DNA of 64,000 nucleotides, from the IMG/VR virus record IMGVR_UViG_3300028571_000009; one strand, given 5' to 3'. Under the pieces are notes generated by a model. The model was not told where the DNA came from, made no database searches, and saw only the letters and a program-made list of their open reading frames with translations. Numbering within the stretch: position 1 is the first letter of the stretch; each line of letters starts with the position of its first letter. The translations under genes were made by a program, and so were the position numbers. Shown here piece by piece: positions 49,338-58,481 of the stretch. Origin of the DNA: a virus.

Positions 49338-50426
49338 ATGACTTATAAACAATTACCGGTGGACTCATTATTAATGGAGTATTTTAATTTCGACATTGAA
49401 TCAAAAGATTCCTCGATTAAAATCAAGGTAAAACTTAAAGATTCTAAAAAGTGTCGAACCGATTTTCCCAAAACACCAAAAGGATTGCCGTACTCCGGGG
49501 TAACTAAGGAATATTTTATCCATTATATCGATGATTATGATACCGCAATTAAAGTATGGACAGCCAGAAAAACGATATGTGCTAAGACTAAATTGATTAA
49601 TTGGTGTATTAATAATCTAGGATTAGATTCTATTACAATAAATAAATTACATACATGCTCAAACGATATATCAACCAAGCTTAGTAATTCACTAAATGCA
49701 CACCATGCAAGCCCCGCAGGTCTTTTGACTAAGGAGAAATTAAAAGCTAGAAGTAAAATATGGGCACCGATAATTGGTCAAATTAATAAGAAAAAATGGG
49801 AAGACCCGGCGTATAGAGAGAAGGTGATGAATATGCGTGAAGATACTGGATTCTACACGGATGTTGTTGAGAAGAATAAAAAATGGATGTCTATACCTGA
49901 GAATAAAGCTAAATTTGTTGAAGCGTGTAATGAACCGGAGCGTAAAAGAAAAATAAGTGAAAGTACATCAAAACGGTGGCATGAATGGATGAAGTATAAT
50001 CCTGAAATAATACGGAGAATAACATACTCTAGCAAAAATAAGCAATACAGTTCTAACGGTATTAAGATGAATAATATCGAATATTTGGTAGCTGAATATC
50101 TAAATGAAATTCATGTTAATTGGATTTCTGAAAAGGTATTTAATTTTGGAAAACACACATACATTCCAGATTTCTACCTACCAGAATTTAATATAGTTAT
50201 TGAATGTTATGGTGATTATTGGCACGCAAACCCTGAAATATTCGATTCAAGTAGAACTATATTCAGGACGCCGGTAACCGTAATTCATGAAAGAAACGAC
50301 CGAAGAAAACATACATTTGAAAGTAACGGATATACGTTTATCCATATATGGGAAAGCGATATTCATAAAAATTTTGAAAATATAAAACAATTAATATGCA
50401 AACAGATTACATTGAAGAAGAAATAA
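49338..50426 (+). mobile_element. Free-standing Vsr-like homing endonuclease splitting the uvsX intein
   Basis: PDFYLPEFNIVIECYGDYWH...HIWESD. Confidence 0.85.
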
Positions 50427-51220
50427 CATTAGCAGAATTTGCATCTCGATTTCTCGGGGTACAAGACCTAGAGTCGCCGGAGGTTTATGATGTCGGTACA
50501 TTAGGTATTGAGGTAAAAACATTAAATTCTAAAGGTGAAGAAATATTCACACCGATAGAAACGTTCGTAGTAAAAGAACCGGTTTCCGAATATTATACGG
50601 ACGGCAAGATTAAGGTCTCAGCATCGCACCGATTTATCGAATCCGGCAAGGAAGTTTTTGCCAAAGACCATACCGATTTCAAGAAAGTATCGGGTCCGTT
50701 AAATATTGTTGATATAGAAGTTCCTGAATATGCTTCGTTCTTGGCTAACGGTCGGTTAAATCATAATACTACAAGTGGTGGAAAGGCGATTGCATTTCAT
50801 GCTAGTGTCCGTTTACGATTAGCTCCGGTAGGAATGATTAAAGAAAAGCGTCATGGTATTGATGAAGTAGTCGGTATTAAAACACAGGCCAAGGTAGTTA
50901 AGAATCGTATGGGACCACCATTAAGAAAGGTGGAGTATCCGATATATTTTGACCGAGGCATCGATGATGATTTCAGCTTACTAGAAATGCTTAAGAAGTA
51001 TGGTATAGTAAACGGTACATCAGGCAATTACAAATATGTAGATGAATCTACAGGTGAAACGATTCCGTTTAAGACAAAGGACTTCCGCAAAACAATTGTT
51101 GATGACCCTAGGATTAAGGATTTAGTTTACGCTGAATTGTGTGATAAATACATTATGTCGTATAACCCGACTGAACTTACCGATGAGATAGAAGTAGAAA
51201 CTGATTTTGCAGCGGATTAA
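50396..51220 (+). CDS. uvsX: 124-aa IntC plus UvsX/RecA C-extein
   Basis: Block B VSASHRF, block F IVDIEV, block G LNHN|T at 50767, then TTSGGKAIAFHASVRL...KNRMGPP. Confidence 0.9.
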   Translation: MQTDYIEEEITLAEFASRFLGVQDLESPEVYDVGTLGIEVKTLNSKGEEIFTPIETFVVKEPVSEYYTDGKIKVSASHRFIESGKEVFAKDHTDFKKVSGPLNIVDIEVPEYASFLANGRLNHNTTSGGKAIAFHASVRLRLAPVGMIKEKRHGIDEVVGIKTQAKVVKNRMGPPLRKVEYPIYFDRGIDDDFSLLEMLKKYGIVNGTSGNYKYVDESTGETIPFKTKDFRKTIVDDPRIKDLVYAELCDKYIMSYNPTELTDEIEVETDFAAD

Positions 51221-51235
51221 ATAAATTAAAAGGTT

Positions 51236-52312
51236 ATGAGTGGTGTACGTGATTATGTTAAATTATTAAGAGAACTTAGACAAGAAAAGGCCGTCGACTC
51301 GGCACCGGATGATAGGGTGCTAATTGTCGACGGCCTTTAGCTCAACAGTTTTATAAGGGTTTTTAGTGCCGTCCCTGTAGTTAATGAAGATGGTGAACAT
51401 ATTGGTGGTGTAACGGGATTCTTAAAGTCAATAGCATTTGTAGTACGTGCGGTACAACCAACTCGATTGGTAATTGTATTTGATGGTAAAGGCGGTTCTG
51501 TTAAGAGACGAGACCTGTATGCTGATTATAAAGCCGGTAGGAAAATTAATACTAAATTCAATCGCCCGGACCATTTAGAAATAAATGTGGAGCAGGAAAT
51601 GATGAATATGCGAAATCAATTATCAAGATTATCTCAGTATCTTGATACCCTTCCTATTACAATATTATCAATTGATAATGTGGAAGCTGATGACATCATT
51701 GCGTATATGACTACCAACGTATTTCATGAATCACGTAAAGTAACTATCATGTCAGATGATAAGGACTTCCTACAATTGATTAATGATAAAGTTTCCGTGT
51801 GGAGACCGGTTACTAAATTAACATATACAGAACAATCTGTGTTTGATAGATTCGGTGTACCGGCATACAATTACATTTTGCTGAAATTATTTATAGGTGA
51901 CTCATCTGATAACATTAAGGGTGTCGACGGTATAGCAGCGAAGACATTATGCAAGTACATTCCGGAAATTACTACCGATAAATTAACCCTGGATGATATC
52001 ATAAAGATTGCGTATGAACGTAATCATGATGCTAAGGTTAAGGTGTATCAAAATATCTTGGATAATGAAAAGTTGCTCCGCCTTAATTACGAGCTTATGC
52101 AATTAGCTGATGTGGACATACCCGGTAATGTAAAAAGTATTACACGTGATATTCTAATGAATCAGGAAATTCCCCCAATTGATAGATTTCAATTTAAGCG
52201 GTTGCTAGCAGAAGACAGAGCCTACAATGTTTTCAAAGACCCTGACGGGTGGCTATTAGATAGTTTCAACTATTTAGCCGGTTATGCAAGTATGCGTAAC
52301 GAGAAGAAATAA
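51236..52312 (+). CDS. RNase H / 5'-3' flap exonuclease with in-frame TAG at codon 35 (candidate recoded gene)
   Basis: ATG 51236, RVLIVDGL*LNSFIRVF...VVFDG-like LVIVFDGKGG, EADDIIAY, SDDKDFLQL, GDSSDNIKGV; the track ORF at 51467 is the same frame and lacks the first catalytic Asp. Confidence 0.85.
51286..51343 (+). promoter_or_regulatory. Coding-region hairpin abutting CTT-TAG-CTC (candidate recoding signal)
   Basis: Perfect 13-bp stem 51286-51298/51326-51338 plus inner 6-bp stem 51301-51306/51316-51321. Confidence 0.7.
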
Positions 52313-52318
52313 AATAAC

Positions 52319-52348
52319 TGCATGACTTTTTGGGTCATGCATTTTTTT
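52319..52348 (+). terminator. Intrinsic terminator overlapping the helicase promoter
   Basis: TGCATGAC-tttttgg-GTCATGCA-TTTTTTT; TTTG(52329)-N20-TATATTAT. Confidence 0.75.
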
Positions 52349-52365
52349 CTTTTATATTATAAAAT

Positions 52366-53154
52366 ATGAGTGATAAATTATCAATATTTGGGCACTCGTT
52401 CCAAATAAAAATTATAGCGGCGTTAATGTCCGATAAAATGTATCTGCAACAGATTGCTGATATTATCGAACCGGCATTTTTCGAATCAGAAGCTAACAAT
52501 TGGATAGTAGATACTATCCTAGAGTACTATAAAGAATACAAGGTACCACCGACATTAGATGTATTTAAAACAAAAGCTCTAGAGATTACCAGAGACGTTA
52601 TGAAAATGGCGATTGTAGATTCATTACGTGAAGTGATGAAATACATGGATGCTGATGACCTAGATTACATTAAGAATGAAACCTTAAAATTCTGCAAAAA
52701 TCAATGCATTAAGAGGGCGATTCTAGATTCGGTAGATGCCTTGAAGAAAGGTGATTACGATGTTATCAAAACGAAAATTGATGCCGCACTTAAAGCAGGT
52801 GAACCGGTCTCAACTGGATATGATTATCTATTAAATGTCAAGCAACGATATAATGAAATCAGCAGAAACTGCATTGCAACTCCATGGCCGGTTATAAATG
52901 ATATAGCAGGTGGCGGCTTTGCAAAAGGTGAATTAGTCATCTTAGTTGCAGGTCCCGGCGGAGGTAAATGCGTAGGACCTAGTACTAGTATTGATATTGA
53001 ATATGAAGAATTAGGAATAGAACTTATTTCTAGTGTAGGTACGAAATTTACATTTTGGATTAATCCATATGATACGTATAATATAGATTCGAATGAATTA
53101 TTAGGTTGGCAGGTTATCAAATTCTTAAAAGATACAACCCCTGATGGTGGGTAA
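52366..53154 (+). CDS. Replicative helicase (gp41/DnaB-like) N-extein plus 61-aa IntN
   Basis: GGFAKGELVILVAGPGGGK|CVGPSTSIDIEY... (IntN starts at 52969). Confidence 0.88.
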   Translation: MSDKLSIFGHSFQIKIIAALMSDKMYLQQIADIIEPAFFESEANNWIVDTILEYYKEYKVPPTLDVFKTKALEITRDVMKMAIVDSLREVMKYMDADDLDYIKNETLKFCKNQCIKRAILDSVDALKKGDYDVIKTKIDAALKAGEPVSTGYDYLLNVKQRYNEISRNCIATPWPVINDIAGGGFAKGELVILVAGPGGGKCVGPSTSIDIEYEELGIELISSVGTKFTFWINPYDTYNIDSNELLGWQVIKFLKDTTPDGG

Positions 53155-53198
53155 TCTATTTTGTATAATTTTTTACATATTTATATTAAAGTAATTGT

Positions 53199-54122
53199 AT
53201 GGCTAGTGTAAAAGATGCATGGATTAAAAAGTATGGAGTAGATGAAGGTTTACGTAAATGGAATGTATTACGACCCAAATTTAATAGTAACGGTACACCG
53301 CCGGCGGGCAAAAACTGCGTTAAATATTGGACTGATTTAGGATACTCTGATGCGGAAGCTATAAAAGAAGTAAGTAGAGTTCAGCGAGCGCGCAGTCCCA
53401 GATGTGTTGAATATTATAATACGAGGGGTATTTTCGACGAACACATGATTGCAGAAAAGATTTCTGAGTTTCAGCGCCGGCAGTGTCCTAGGTGTATAGA
53501 GTATTATATTCATAGAGGAATAGATATCGAAACCGGTAAGCAACTAATCTATAAAATTCAGTCGGAACGTAGTATTAAATCTTCTAGATTTAATGGAAAA
53601 CGTCATAGTGCATTATCAAAAAGTAAAATGGCTACTGCGACCAGTATACTTAAACGTCAAGAAATAGAGCTATTAGGTAAAGAGGAATGGTTAAAACGCA
53701 ATTTTGGTGATAAAAGTAAAAATAGGGGAAGTTGTATATCAAAGGTTGAGCGGACATTACATACATATGTATTAGACATATGTAGTATTGACTTTGATAT
53801 CACACTGAATAAACAAATTCCCGGTACGACATATATCCCGGATATTACTATTGGTAAAAAAATAATCGAATTTAATGGCGACCGGTGGCACGCCAATCCT
53901 AAAATATATTCGGCTGATATGATATTGAATAAACCAGGTGAACAAAGTGTATCGAAATTATGGGAACGTGATTTAATACGCGAATCAGCATTAAAATCGT
54001 TAGGTTACTCGATTTTAATTGTTTGGGAGTATGATTGGAAACATTCACGTGCTGAATGTGAGATGAAAATTAGAAAATTTATATATGATATTGAAGACAC
54101 GGGTAGTAAAGGAAACGATTAA
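53199..54122 (+). mobile_element. Free-standing Vsr-like homing endonuclease splitting the helicase intein
   Basis: YIPDITIGKKIIEFNGDRWH...IVWEYD; N-terminal W..KYG..EG repeats. Confidence 0.85.
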
Positions 54123-55263
54123 AATTGGCGAACTATTTAACAAACTTCACATCGATAACTCGGTGGATGCCCAACATCTACCAGATTTTAATATATGGGT
54201 AAAAACTCCGTACGGTAATAAAAAAATAATTAACCTGTTTAGGACTGCCCTACAAGAAACATGCACGTGTTACTTCGGTAATAATAAAACCTTAGTATGT
54301 TCTTTGAAACATTTATTGAAAACTGAGCGAGGTTGGCTTCCGGTTGAATCAATTTGTTCTGACGATATAATTGAAACGGCCTCCGGAACTACCTATTTAA
54401 AATTCTATAAACGACATACCAAACTAGAATCGTTATATGATATATCTGTAGATACTGTTGGATGTTATTATACAAATAATATAGTATCACATAATTCCAC
54501 AGCTCTTATGAACATAGGTGCACAGGGATTACGAAAGGGTCTGAATGTAGTATACTTTACCTTAGAGTTATACGAGAATTATATTTCACAACGGTATGAT
54601 GCTATTATCACAGGTATAGCAGCTCAGAATCTAAAATATCACGTAGATGAGATTGAAGCACAGCTGGAAAAGTTACCGGGTAGACTTCTATTACAGTATT
54701 ATCCGACAAAAACGGCATCATGTAATACGTTAAGAGCATATCTCAATAATCTAATTGTCAATGGAACCAAACCGGACATGGTTTTGGTAGATTATGCTGA
54801 CTTATTAAAGACCGCGGGTAGAAGCAAGGATTCGCATCACTTAGACCTGGAAAATATCTACGAAGATTTACGTGGATTGGCAGGTGAATATGAAGTACCG
54901 GTGTACACAGCAAGTCAGGCCGGTAGAGCCGCTGCTGACTCAGAAATTATTAGTGGCGAACAAGTAGCCGGCGCATACGCGAAGATTATGATTGGCGACT
55001 TTGTTATATCGTTATCAAGAAAGGTAACAGATAAAATATCAGGTACCGGTAGATGGCATATTATTAAGAATCGGTTCGGCCCGGACGGATTAACGTTGCC
55101 TAGTAAAATAAATATGAGTAACGGCCAAATGCAAATATTCGAAGAAGCTTCTGTGCAGGGTAAAGAAACACAAAAAACTATGGATAACGGGCAAGAAGTG
55201 CTTAGAAAGACGTTAGCAACTAAATTTAGGGAAATTAACCAAAAACCGGGGGACTTGGGATAG
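54085..55263 (+). CDS. 137-aa IntC plus helicase C-extein
   Basis: Block B CSLKHLL, block F LYDISV, block G VSHN|S at 54495; then STALMNIG, YFTLE, VDYADL, TASQ, KNRFG. Confidence 0.88.
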   Translation: MILKTRVVKETIKIGELFNKLHIDNSVDAQHLPDFNIWVKTPYGNKKIINLFRTALQETCTCYFGNNKTLVCSLKHLLKTERGWLPVESICSDDIIETASGTTYLKFYKRHTKLESLYDISVDTVGCYYTNNIVSHNSTALMNIGAQGLRKGLNVVYFTLELYENYISQRYDAIITGIAAQNLKYHVDEIEAQLEKLPGRLLLQYYPTKTASCNTLRAYLNNLIVNGTKPDMVLVDYADLLKTAGRSKDSHHLDLENIYEDLRGLAGEYEVPVYTASQAGRAAADSEIISGEQVAGAYAKIMIGDFVISLSRKVTDKISGTGRWHIIKNRFGPDGLTLPSKINMSNGQMQIFEEASVQGKETQKTMDNGQEVLRKTLATKFREINQKPGDLG

Positions 55264-55317
55264 TAGGTTGATATTTATATCAGCCCCACATTTATCACAA
55301 GTTAAAACATATTAATA

Positions 55318-57573
55318 ATGCAAAAAGGAAAACAATTCTTAAGTGACCTTAAACTTTACTCAGATTACTTTAAATGGCAACCGGAGCTCGGTCGATACGA
55401 AAATTGGCAAGAAGCAACTACCGACATTGTCGATGGACACGTTAAAAAATACGCCGACATAGATATTAACTCGGATTTAGATTCAGTTCGTGAATCGCTG
55501 AATGACCAGCTTATATTAGCATCACAACGTAACCTACAGTATAGACATACTGAGATTATGAAACATAATATGCGAATGTACAATTGTACAACCTTGCATT
55601 TATGTAGAAACCGAGCGTTTCAGGAGATATTTTATATAGCCCTTTGCGGCTCTGGAGTCACACCGTCTCTATTAAAGCCCTTTGTAGATAATTTATCGCA
55701 CATTAGAAAGCGAACAGAGGGCACGAAAACTTTTGTAATCCAAGACTCTATAGAAGGGTGGGCGGACGCACTCGGGGTTCTAATGAGCTCGTATTTTATT
55801 GACAAACAACCGTTTAAAGAATATGCCGGGTATGAAATTAAGTTTGATTATTCACATATTAGACCTAACGGGTCATTTATATCAGGTGGATTTAGAGCAC
55901 CGGGTCCTGATGGACTAAAACAGTCCTTAGAAAAAATTGAAGTTCTTATTGAAAAGTGGTTATCTAAAGAAGGTGAAGTTATTCGCCCGATATTAGCATA
56001 TGATATAATCTGTCATGCCGCTGACGCAGTGTTATCAGGTGGCGTTAGACGTTCCGCATTAGGGATGATTGTCGACCCCAATGACCCTGAGATGATTAGT
56101 GCGAAAATGGGCAATTGGCGGCAAGATAACCCGCAGAGAGCTAGGAGTAATAACTCGGTATTACTATTACGTGATGGGGTTACAAAAGCAGATTTTGAGC
56201 ATATTGTTAAATTAAATGACGGTGATAATGACATCGGGTTCGTTTTTGGCAACAGTTGGTTTGATGTATTCAATCCTTGTTACGAAATCTCGTTCACACC
56301 GGTATTAACCACCGTTGATTTAACATCTATTACATATGAATTTCTAAAAGACTTCGTTCAACAGAATGAAGATAGCTTTGGTATACAAGGTTGTAACCTT
56401 ACAGAAATTAATGGTGAAAAATGTACAACTAAACCGAAGTTCCTAAAAGCGTGTAAGGACGCTACTATATTAGGTACTCTACAAGCGGGTTATACATCAT
56501 TCCCGTATTTAGGTGACGTAACCGAAGCTCTATTTAAACGCGAAGCATTACTCGGAGTATCTATCACTGGTTGGATGAATAATCCTGACTTGTTTAATGC
56601 TGAATTATTACGTGAAGGCGTTGATGTAGTTCGTAATACAAACATATTGTGGTCTGAACGGGTAGGAATAAATCAAGCCGCCAGATTAACTTGTGTTAAA
56701 CCATCAGGTAATGCCGCAGTGATATTAGGTACAGCATCAGGCTGTCATCCAGACCACGCAGAGCGACTATTTAGAATAATGCAACTTAATATGAATAGTG
56801 ATACCGCAAAATGGTTAGCTGAACATATGCCGTTCTTGTTAGAAAACAGTGTATGGTCTTCGACAAAGAGTGATTATGTAGTTTTCGTTCCTATAGAAAA
56901 TCCTAAGGATGGTCTATATAAAAAGGATATGAAAGGTGTTAAGCACTTGGAGTATATCAAACTAATTCAACAAAATTGGGTAGTACCGGGCACCGTTAAG
57001 GAATTAGGTATATCGCCAAAAATCAATCACAATACATCATGTACCGTTATTATAGATGATAAAGATGCCGTAGTAAATTACATATGGGACAATAAAGATT
57101 TATTCACCGCAGTCGCATTTATATCTGACTACGGTGATAAGGACTATAATCAAGCACCATTTACTAGTGTATTAGATTTAGATACAATCGTCGCGGAGTA
57201 TGGTCATGGAGCACTATTCGCATCAGGTCTTATTGTAGACGGCTTACATTATTTCGACCAGAATTTATGGTTAGCGTGCGATTCAGTTTTAGATAAAACT
57301 ATCACATTGACGGGTACGAGAGAGCAAGTTCTTCTTAAGAAATATTGGGTAGATAGAGCTAAGAAGTTCGCTAAGAATTATTTCAAGAATGATTTAAAGC
57401 GTGCAATATATTGTTTAAAGGATGTCCACTTATATCATAAGTGGGTATCAATTAATAGACAGTTCCGGGAAGTTAATTTCGAGAAGATTTTAATTGCTCC
57501 GACATTTAAAAACATAAGTGATTACGCCGCAATGAGCTGTGCGGGCGGTAGTTGCGAAATAACAAGTATTTAG
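55318..57573 (+). CDS. nrdJ: Ribonucleotide reductase, probably class II (AdoCbl-dependent)
   Basis: MYNCT, GGVRRSA, NPCYEI, GCNLTEI, CVKPSG, C-terminal CAGGSCEI; no beta subunit next to it. Confidence 0.75.
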   Translation: MQKGKQFLSDLKLYSDYFKWQPELGRYENWQEATTDIVDGHVKKYADIDINSDLDSVRESLNDQLILASQRNLQYRHTEIMKHNMRMYNCTTLHLCRNRAFQEIFYIALCGSGVTPSLLKPFVDNLSHIRKRTEGTKTFVIQDSIEGWADALGVLMSSYFIDKQPFKEYAGYEIKFDYSHIRPNGSFISGGFRAPGPDGLKQSLEKIEVLIEKWLSKEGEVIRPILAYDIICHAADAVLSGGVRRSALGMIVDPNDPEMISAKMGNWRQDNPQRARSNNSVLLLRDGVTKADFEHIVKLNDGDNDIGFVFGNSWFDVFNPCYEISFTPVLTTVDLTSITYEFLKDFVQQNEDSFGIQGCNLTEINGEKCTTKPKFLKACKDATILGTLQAGYTSFPYLGDVTEALFKREALLGVSITGWMNNPDLFNAELLREGVDVVRNTNILWSERVGINQAARLTCVKPSGNAAVILGTASGCHPDHAERLFRIMQLNMNSDTAKWLAEHMPFLLENSVWSSTKSDYVVFVPIENPKDGLYKKDMKGVKHLEYIKLIQQNWVVPGTVKELGISPKINHNTSCTVIIDDKDAVVNYIWDNKDLFTAVAFISDYGDKDYNQAPFTSVLDLDTIVAEYGHGALFASGLIVDGLHYFDQNLWLACDSVLDKTITLTGTREQVLLKKYWVDRAKKFAKNYFKNDLKRAIYCLKDVHLYHKWVSINRQFREVNFEKILIAPTFKNISDYAAMSCAGGSCEITSI

Positions 57574-57575
57574 TT

Positions 57576-57830
57576 ATGAAAAAGGTAATATTGTTCACAG
57601 CAACTTGGTGTAAAAACTGCGAACCAGTGAAAGCCATATTAGAAGGACTTAAGTCCGAAATGGATATTGAAAAGATTGACATTGATGAAAATGCTCAATT
57701 GGTTCAACGATTTAATATTCGTTCGGTACCGACGGTCGTGTATCTAAATTCACACGAGGTTGAAACCCAACGTATATTAGGACTTCAACCGAAACAAACA
57801 TATTTGTCGGCATGGTCCGAAACTAAGTAA
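57576..57830 (+). CDS. trxA: Thioredoxin
   Basis: WCKNC, IRSVPT; probable start 57576 rather than 57552. Confidence 0.88.
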   Translation: MKKVILFTATWCKNCEPVKAILEGLKSEMDIEKIDIDENAQLVQRFNIRSVPTVVYLNSHEVETQRILGLQPKQTYLSAWSETK

Positions 57831-57832
57831 TC

Positions 57833-58051
57833 ATGCCTAAATTAGATTTACATGGTGTCAAGTACTTTGATGTAGAAGACACTATATTAGATTGGATTCA
57901 TTTCCAAGAACTACCGGCTGAAATTATTACAGGAAACAGTTCTAAAATGAAAAAACATGTACAAAGAGTTTTAGAAGCGAATAATTATTCTTATACTATA
58001 GGGGACACAATTAATCAAGGTTATATAAAAGTTACACATTATGGAAGTTAA
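57833..58051 (+). CDS. Stand-alone Smr-domain protein
   Basis: LDLHG...IITGNS motif. Confidence 0.7.
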   Translation: MPKLDLHGVKYFDVEDTILDWIHFQELPAEIITGNSSKMKKHVQRVLEANNYSYTIGDTINQGYIKVTHYGS

Positions 58052-58457
58052 AGTAAAAAAATTAAACAAATCATCCATTATCCCATCATACGCTAAACAA
58101 GGTGATGCCGGATTAGATTTAGTAGCGATATCAAAAGTTCAACATGAAAATCTGGTAGAATATGGTACTGGGCTAGCAATTGAAATACCTGAAGGGTATG
58201 TAGGGTTGATATTCCCGAGAAGTAGCATAAAGAATTATGATTTAAGCTTAACAAACTGCGTTGGAGTAGTAGACAGTGGTTATAGGGGAGAAATAAAGGC
58301 CTTCTTTAGAACTCACGGAGATACTGCTCATTATAATGTAATGGAAAAAATAGCTCAAATTGTTATAGTACCGTATCCACAGATTAAATTGGTCGAAGTA
58401 GCTGAACTATCAGAATCTGAACGCGGCGTAGGCGGTTACGGTAGTTCTGGAAAATAG
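58041..58457 (+). CDS. dut: Trimeric dUTPase
   Basis: GDAGLDL, PRSSI, GVVDSGYRGEI, RGVGGYGSSG. Confidence 0.95.
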   Translation: MEVKVKKLNKSSIIPSYAKQGDAGLDLVAISKVQHENLVEYGTGLAIEIPEGYVGLIFPRSSIKNYDLSLTNCVGVVDSGYRGEIKAFFRTHGDTAHYNVMEKIAQIVIVPYPQIKLVEVAELSESERGVGGYGSSGK

Positions 58458-58481
58458 TAATATTTATTACTAAAGAATAAT

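Noticed and set aside
51330-51345. Group I or II intron in the RNase H gene
   Set aside because: Only 6 extra nt are present, far too few for a ribozyme core. A collapsed intron in the assembly cannot be excluded without reads.
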